Positions 59,446 to 64,000 of a stretch of DNA of 64,000 bases are shown here, piece after piece (the stretch's first letter is position 1; the number at the start of each line of letters is the position of its first letter). Under the pieces are notes generated by a model, which was not told the origin of the DNA, searched no databases, and saw only the letters and a program-made list of their open reading frames with translations. The position numbers and the translations under genes were made by a program. Origin of the DNA: an uncultured Anaerolineaceae bacterium (GTDB lineage Bacteria > Chloroflexota > Anaerolineae > Anaerolineales > E44-bin32); the NCBI GenBank assembly GCA_964528155.1, contig CAZGRL010000003.1, positions 37,036 through 101,035 of the forward strand, read 5' to 3'.

Positions 59446-60416
59446 AGAGCCTCCGCCGACGTCTGTTGGCCGGGCTGATCTTCGGCTTCGTCGTGATCCT
59501 CGGCCTGACATTGCTCGGCGATGTCCGCCAGGTTGCGCAACACCTGGCGGCGTTTTCTTGGCAGCTGACGCCCCTCATCCTGGCCTGTACCCTTTTCAAC
59601 TACCTGCTGAGGTTCATCAAGTGGCACTTCTATCTCGGCCAGGTCGGTGTGCATGATCTTCCCGTGGTTGAGAGTGCCAGATTGTTCGTCGGCGGTTTCC
59701 CTCTGGCGGTCACCCCCGGCAAGGTGGGCGAGGCGCTCAAGGGCGTTTGGCTGAACCAGCGGGCCGGGATCCCTGTGGCCCGCGCCGTCCCGGTCGTCGT
59801 AGCCGAGCGGATCAGCGACGGCCTGGCCGTGACGGCGCTTTCGACGCTTGGCGTCATCGCCTACCCGCGTTACTGGCCGGCCTTCGTCAGCGTGCTAACG
59901 CTGCTGATCGCCGGCGTGATCCTCACCCAGATCCGCCCTCTGGCCTTGGCACTCATCGGGCTAGTCGAACGCATGCCGTTGGCGGGGCGAGCGACCGGAC
60001 ACCTGCGCGAGTTCTACGAGGGAACCTATAGTCTGTTCCGGCCGAAGGCGACCGTGGCAGCAGTGTCGCTGGGGACAGTCGCCTGGCTCGGGGAGGGCAT
60101 CGGCTTCTATATCATCTTGCGCGGACTTGGCGTTCCGGCTTCGTGGCAGACGCTGTCGATCGCGGTTTTCGTGCTGGCCTTTTCAACGATCGTGGGAGCC
60201 GTGTCGACCCTCCCCGGCGGGCTGGGCGCAGCCGAAGCCAGCATCGCCGGCATGCTCACGCTGCTCCTCACCCTTCCCGCCGGCATCCCGGCCGCGGCAA
60301 CACTGTTGATTCGATTCGCCACCCTGTGGTTCGGGGTCTCCCTCGGCCTGGGCGTGTGGGCGGTGTCAAGCGATTTACTGCTCTCAATGGGGGAGGTGGC
60401 GAAGAGTGATGCGTAA
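59442..60416 (+). CDS. Flippase-like / lysyl-PG-synthase TM-region family (UPF0104) membrane protein
   Basis: The ATG at 59442 overlaps the DUF362 stop (ATGA). MKSLRRRLLAGLIFGF..., PGKVGEALK. 8 TM helices. The track ORF from 58596 is an over-extension. Confidence 0.75.
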   Translation: MKSLRRRLLAGLIFGFVVILGLTLLGDVRQVAQHLAAFSWQLTPLILACTLFNYLLRFIKWHFYLGQVGVHDLPVVESARLFVGGFPLAVTPGKVGEALKGVWLNQRAGIPVARAVPVVVAERISDGLAVTALSTLGVIAYPRYWPAFVSVLTLLIAGVILTQIRPLALALIGLVERMPLAGRATGHLREFYEGTYSLFRPKATVAAVSLGTVAWLGEGIGFYIILRGLGVPASWQTLSIAVFVLAFSTIVGAVSTLPGGLGAAEASIAGMLTLLLTLPAGIPAAATLLIRFATLWFGVSLGLGVWAVSSDLLLSMGEVAKSDA

Positions 60417-60494
60417 AGCGCGAGTCTGAAACGTGATGCGTGAAACGTGAAGAGCAAGACGTAAAACGTATTGCGTAAAACGTAATGCTCAATG
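60411..60494. repeat. Heptanucleotide tandem array, 12 units, consensus CGTRAAR
   Basis: GCGTAAA GCGCGAG TCTGAAA CGTGATG CGTGAAA CGTGAAG AGCAAGA CGTAAAA CGTATTG CGTAAAA CGTAATG CTCAATG. The first unit contains the stop codon of the upstream gene. Confidence 0.8.
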
Positions 60495-60561
60495 GAGTGG
60501 CGAGGATCGATACAGGCTCTACCGAATCGGCGGAGCACACTACTCCTCCAGCAGATCACCC

Positions 60562-60589
60562 TTAGTGTTTTCACGTTTTACGTTTTACG
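60562..60589. repeat. Inverted block of the same heptamers, 4 units
   Basis: TTAGTGT TTTCACG TTTTACG TTTTACG, the reverse complement of CGTAAAA CGTAAAA CGTGAAA ACACTAA. Confidence 0.75.
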
Positions 60590-60624
60590 ATCCGCAACGT
60601 CCATGACATGAACCCCAAGATCCA

Positions 60625-61296
60625 TTGCCCGAGATCAAAACCTTGCCCTTGATCACCGTCGAACTCCACTGCCACACCTACCGCTCGAAGGACAGCCTGA
60701 TGCTGCCGGCGCGGATACTGGAAGTCTGCCGGCGACGCGGGATCGACCGCGTGGCCATCACCGATCACAACACGATCGATGGCGCGTTGGAGGCCCAGGA
60801 ATTGTCCCCGGAACGGGTGATCGTCGGCGAGGAGATCATGACCGATCGCGGGGAGCTTCTGGGCTACTTCCTGAGTGAATTGATCCCGGCCGGACTATCT
60901 CCTCAAGAGACGATCGAGCGGCTGCGCGACCAGGGGGCCGTGATCAGCGTTGCGCATCCGTTCGACTCTGCCCGCAAAGGGTCCTGGGCGGAAGCCGAGC
61001 TTCGCCGGATCCTACCTCTGGTCGATGCCATTGAAACGTTCAACGCCCGGACGTGGACGAAGGGCGCCAACGACCGGGCTAAGGCCTTGGCCGACGAAGT
61101 CGGGATCACGGGGACGGCTGGCTCCGACGCCCATGCCTACCTCGAGGTCGGGAGGGCCTTCATGCGCATGCCCGAGTTTGAAGGACCGTCCGAGATGCAG
61201 TCTTCACTGCGTTCGGCGGAGATCGCCGCGCGTCGATCATCTCCGCTGGTGCACTTCCTCTCGCGCTATGCTTCGTTGCGGAAACGGCTGGGCTAG
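60625..61296 (+). CDS. PHP-domain metal-dependent phosphoesterase
   Basis: 223 aa, TTG start. VELHCHTYRSKDS, AITDHNT, VAHPF, GSDAH. Confidence 0.8.
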   Translation: MPEIKTLPLITVELHCHTYRSKDSLMLPARILEVCRRRGIDRVAITDHNTIDGALEAQELSPERVIVGEEIMTDRGELLGYFLSELIPAGLSPQETIERLRDQGAVISVAHPFDSARKGSWAEAELRRILPLVDAIETFNARTWTKGANDRAKALADEVGITGTAGSDAHAYLEVGRAFMRMPEFEGPSEMQSSLRSAEIAARRSSPLVHFLSRYASLRKRLG

Positions 61297-62510
61297 CCCA
61301 CCCAGATCCATTGAAGGAACAAGGCGGCGAAATACAACTGCAATCCCAACGCGATGGCTGTGTAGGTCAGCCGTCGCGCCGGTGTATTACACAGCATTCC
61401 CAGGCCGACGAACAAGGGGAACATCATCATCGCGTGGCGCATCCAACTGCTGAGAGGTTCACCGACAACATCGAACGAAAGAAGTAACACCACGATGGTC
61501 ACCTGAAATACAACAAGTGGCCGTGGCAGATGACTTGCGCCCCAGATGACCATGATCATGGCCAGCGCCAACGTGGCGAGGTTGATCCAGCCTGTTAACG
61601 GGAAGAATGCCGAACCGAAACTCCCCGGTATCTTCGCCAGGGTTTCCCATGGCCATTGCGTCACGACCCCCCATCCTTCGTGATGGATCGTCGGCCAGGA
61701 CGGCAGTTCCTGGATCTTCTGCCAGCCGAGGAACAGTCCAGAACCTAAGACCGGCGCAAGCGGAACTAGAAGAATAGGAGCCGGACATGCGGCGTGGGCC
61801 TGAGCCCACCGTCTCCAGGTTTCCCACGCGAGGAGTGCCGAGAGCGGAAGTGCCATCGGGTGGGTCAGCCCTGCTACAACTCCGACGGTCAAGGCCGCGA
61901 GCCAGCGGGACCGACGCGCCTCACGGTAGGCCAAGAGTATCAGGAACAGCGTCAAAGACTCGGCGTACGGGGCAAACAAGAAGAACGCCGAAGGGAAAAG
62001 GACCAGGGCCATAAGCGCGCTGCGCGCCACGCGTGGGCTGAGGACCTCATTGACAAGCTCGTAGAACAGCACGAAGGCCAGGAGGGCGGCGACGTTGGAC
62101 ACGAGCAGCAGCGCCAGCAGCTCGCTCCCGCCAATGAGGGGCGCGACAAGGCGTCCTAGCAGTGGATACAGCGGATGAAAAGCAGAGAGATCCGGCGACA
62201 CATAGCCGAAGGCGGCGATCCGCACATAGTGAATCGCGTCCCACCGCAGCCAGTTCGATATGAATGATGTCCCGGGCCCGAAGGACGGCTGGGCCAGACC
62301 GAAGGTGTACTGCGCGCCCGCTCCTAACCGGATCAAACCCAGCTTTTCCAGGACGAAGCCCCATGTGAGGAGACCAGCCCTGGTCAAGATCCAGGCGAGT
62401 GAGGCCCATCGCCAGGACTCGGGAACCGAGACGGCACCACGAACCCAAACTGACCACCCGGAGCGGGCCAACCCGACCGGTAGGCTCTCACGGCGTGATA
62501 CCACGCCCAT
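61293..62510 (-). CDS. Polytopic membrane glycosyltransferase-like protein (PIG-V / GT-C-like)
   Basis: 405 aa with about 10 TM helices. The WLRWDAIHYVRIAAFGY motif is characteristic of PIG-V-like mannosyltransferases. Confidence 0.6.
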   Translation of the reverse strand: MGVVSRRESLPVGLARSGWSVWVRGAVSVPESWRWASLAWILTRAGLLTWGFVLEKLGLIRLGAGAQYTFGLAQPSFGPGTSFISNWLRWDAIHYVRIAAFGYVSPDLSAFHPLYPLLGRLVAPLIGGSELLALLLVSNVAALLAFVLFYELVNEVLSPRVARSALMALVLFPSAFFLFAPYAESLTLFLILLAYREARRSRWLAALTVGVVAGLTHPMALPLSALLAWETWRRWAQAHAACPAPILLVPLAPVLGSGLFLGWQKIQELPSWPTIHHEGWGVVTQWPWETLAKIPGSFGSAFFPLTGWINLATLALAMIMVIWGASHLPRPLVVFQVTIVVLLLSFDVVGEPLSSWMRHAMMMFPLFVGLGMLCNTPARRLTYTAIALGLQLYFAALFLQWIWVG

Positions 62511-62811
62511 GATGTATTAGTCCTAGTTGTCTCTCGAAAGTGAGGAGGCCGGATCGTGTCCGGCCAGCGTGGAAGGTTCCCCCAAGCGGTGCATCGCCCT
62601 GGTCGACAGACCCAAAGCACCGGTGAGTCGAGGAAGTGGACCTCGCCCCCGTACACGCCCGCCTTAAGTGCGCTTATATCCTACGGCCGGAAACGACCGG
62701 ATGCAATAACCTTCCGTCGATCGGCCGCGGGTAGGCGGGCGCTGCATCTCGCTGTCCTATGCCACCAGTTGAGGCACTCGGACGGTGAAAGCCGGGACAG
62801 CGGTCGAAAAC

Positions 62812-64000
62812 CTACGGCTGCTCGTCCTGGGGCTCGCCATCCTTCGATCGACTGCGTAGGTGGGGGAAGAGGATGACTTCTCGGATCGTGGATTGGTCCG
62901 TCAGGAGCATCGTCAACCGGTCGACCCCCATGCCGAAACCGCCGTTGGGTGGCATGCCGTAGCGCATCGCCCTGAGGTAGTCCTCGTCCATCGGGTGACG
63001 TTCCTCGTCATCGGCGGCGTAATCCCGGCCCATCTCCAGGAATCGCTGCTCCTGATCCAGCGGGTCGTTCAACTCGGTAAACGCGTTGCAAAGCTCCAAG
63101 CCGCCGACGAACCCCTCGAAACGTTCGACCGTATTCGGATCCCCTTCCTTACTCTTGGCCAGAGGAGAGATGTCACGCGGGTAATCGTAGATGAACGTAG
63201 GCTGGATCAGCGACGGCTCGAGCTGACTGGCCAGAAGCGACTCGATCAGCTTGCCGCGCGTCGATCTCGCTGAAGGCTGATGGCCCTTTTCGATCATCAC
63301 CTTGCGCAGTGAGTCGGCGGTCGGGTACTGGCGGATGTCGATGCCCGAGATCTCTTGCAGCGCGGCGCGCAGGTCTTGCCGCTTCCAGGGAGGTGTGAGG
63401 TCGATGGAATGGTCGCGATACTGGATGGTCGTGCCACCGGCCGTCTGCTCGGCGACGTGGGCGATCATTTGCTCAGTCAGCTCCATCACCGCCCGGTAGT
63501 CGGCGTAGGCCATGTAGAACTCGAGTTGGGTAAACTCGGGGTTGTGTTTGAAGGAGACGCCCTCATTACGGAAATCGCGGCCGATCTCGTACACCCGCTC
63601 CAGCCCGCCGACGAGCAGCCGCTTGAGATACAGTTCGAACGAGATCCGCAAGTACAGGTCCTGATGGAGCTGGTTGTGGTGGGTGACGAAGGGCTTGGCC
63701 GCGGCACCGCCGTAGATCGGTTGAAGAATCGGGGTTTCGACCTCGACGAAGCCATGCGAGTCCAGGAACTCGCGCAAGGCCCGGATCACCCCGGCCCTCA
63801 TCTGGAAGATCTGGCGGATTTCGGGGTTGACGGCCAGGTCGGCGTAGCGCTCCCGATAGCGGGCTTCGGGATCGCCAAAGGCGGCGTGCACCACTCGCTC
63901 ACCGTCGACGATCTCTTCCTTGGCCGCCGGCAGCGGACTGATGGCCTTGGCTAACATCCCGAACGCAGCCACGCGCAGGGTGGCCTCGCCGGTCTTGGTC
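62812..64000 (-). CDS. lysS: Lysine--tRNA ligase, class II; N-terminus lies outside the window
   Basis: ETPILQPIYGGAAAKPF, RDFRNEG, FEGFVGGLELCNAFTELNDP, GMGVDRL. The frame continues upstream of the track Met at 63972 (TKTGEATLRVAAFG...). Confidence 0.9.
   Translation of the reverse strand, partial: TKTGEATLRVAAFGMLAKAISPLPAAKEEIVDGERVVHAAFGDPEARYRERYADLAVNPEIRQIFQMRAGVIRALREFLDSHGFVEVETPILQPIYGGAAAKPFVTHHNQLHQDLYLRISFELYLKRLLVGGLERVYEIGRDFRNEGVSFKHNPEFTQLEFYMAYADYRAVMELTEQMIAHVAEQTAGGTTIQYRDHSIDLTPPWKRQDLRAALQEISGIDIRQYPTADSLRKVMIEKGHQPSARSTRGKLIESLLASQLEPSLIQPTFIYDYPRDISPLAKSKEGDPNTVERFEGFVGGLELCNAFTELNDPLDQEQRFLEMGRDYAADDEERHPMDEDYLRAMRYGMPPNGGFGMGVDRLTMLLTDQSTIREVILFPHLRSRSKDGEPQDEQP

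Noticed and set aside
58243-59511. 422-aa minus-strand ORF
   Set aside because: It is antisense to the DUF362 gene, which has clear family motifs and a strong RBS. The translation is Arg/Gly/Pro-rich noise.

Overview
Visibly GC-rich bacterial chromosomal segment with about 61 protein-coding genes and no rRNA, tRNA, CRISPR array or transposase that I could find. The gene content and repeat style suggest Chloroflexota, but that is inference only. Left arm, 1-23707, mostly minus strand: a nucleobase/purine-type catabolic island. It holds a partial PLP enzyme, a GT2, a threonine-synthase-like PLP enzyme, a BMP-family ABC importer, carbamate kinase, two non-canonical carbamoyltransferase paralogues, a GntR regulator, adenine deaminase and a second amidohydrolase. 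It is followed by folD, a Ser/Thr kinase with a TolB-like propeller, FmdE, tatA, gyrB and a membrane protein. Middle, 23996-37902, plus strand: origin-proximal housekeeping genes. These are a DUF62 SAM hydrolase, murA, a divergent orphan ParA, rpmH-rnpA-yidD-(beta-propeller lipoprotein)-yidC-jag, a PfkB kinase, parA-parB, a panE-like gene, fabG, asp23, nusB and tatB-like/tatC. Right arm: a methyltransferase interrupted by tandem in-frame TGA TGA, a GNAT, a thiolase/DUF35 pair, three same-frame membrane ORFs and a large secreted protein. Then come an acyl-CoA synthetase, an acyl-CoA dehydrogenase, a thioredoxin-like lipoprotein whose CxxC reads U(TGA)xxC with a SECIS-like hairpin, and a fused formimidoyltransferase-cyclodeaminase. 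The arm ends with CapA, an ABC-2 exporter with a TetR regulator, a DUF362/flippase-like/PHP/membrane-GT group and partial lysS. The intergenic DNA is unusual. Three loci are built from phase-preserved heptanucleotide tandem arrays. At least six loci carry long, near-perfect nested palindromes from two related families, and copies differ by compensatory changes on both arms. The most notable items are the candidate selenoprotein, the recoding-like in-frame stops, the carbamoyl-phosphate/ATP-yielding catabolic island with two atypical transcarbamylases, and the repeat architecture. All functional calls rest on my reading of translated motifs. No database search was possible.
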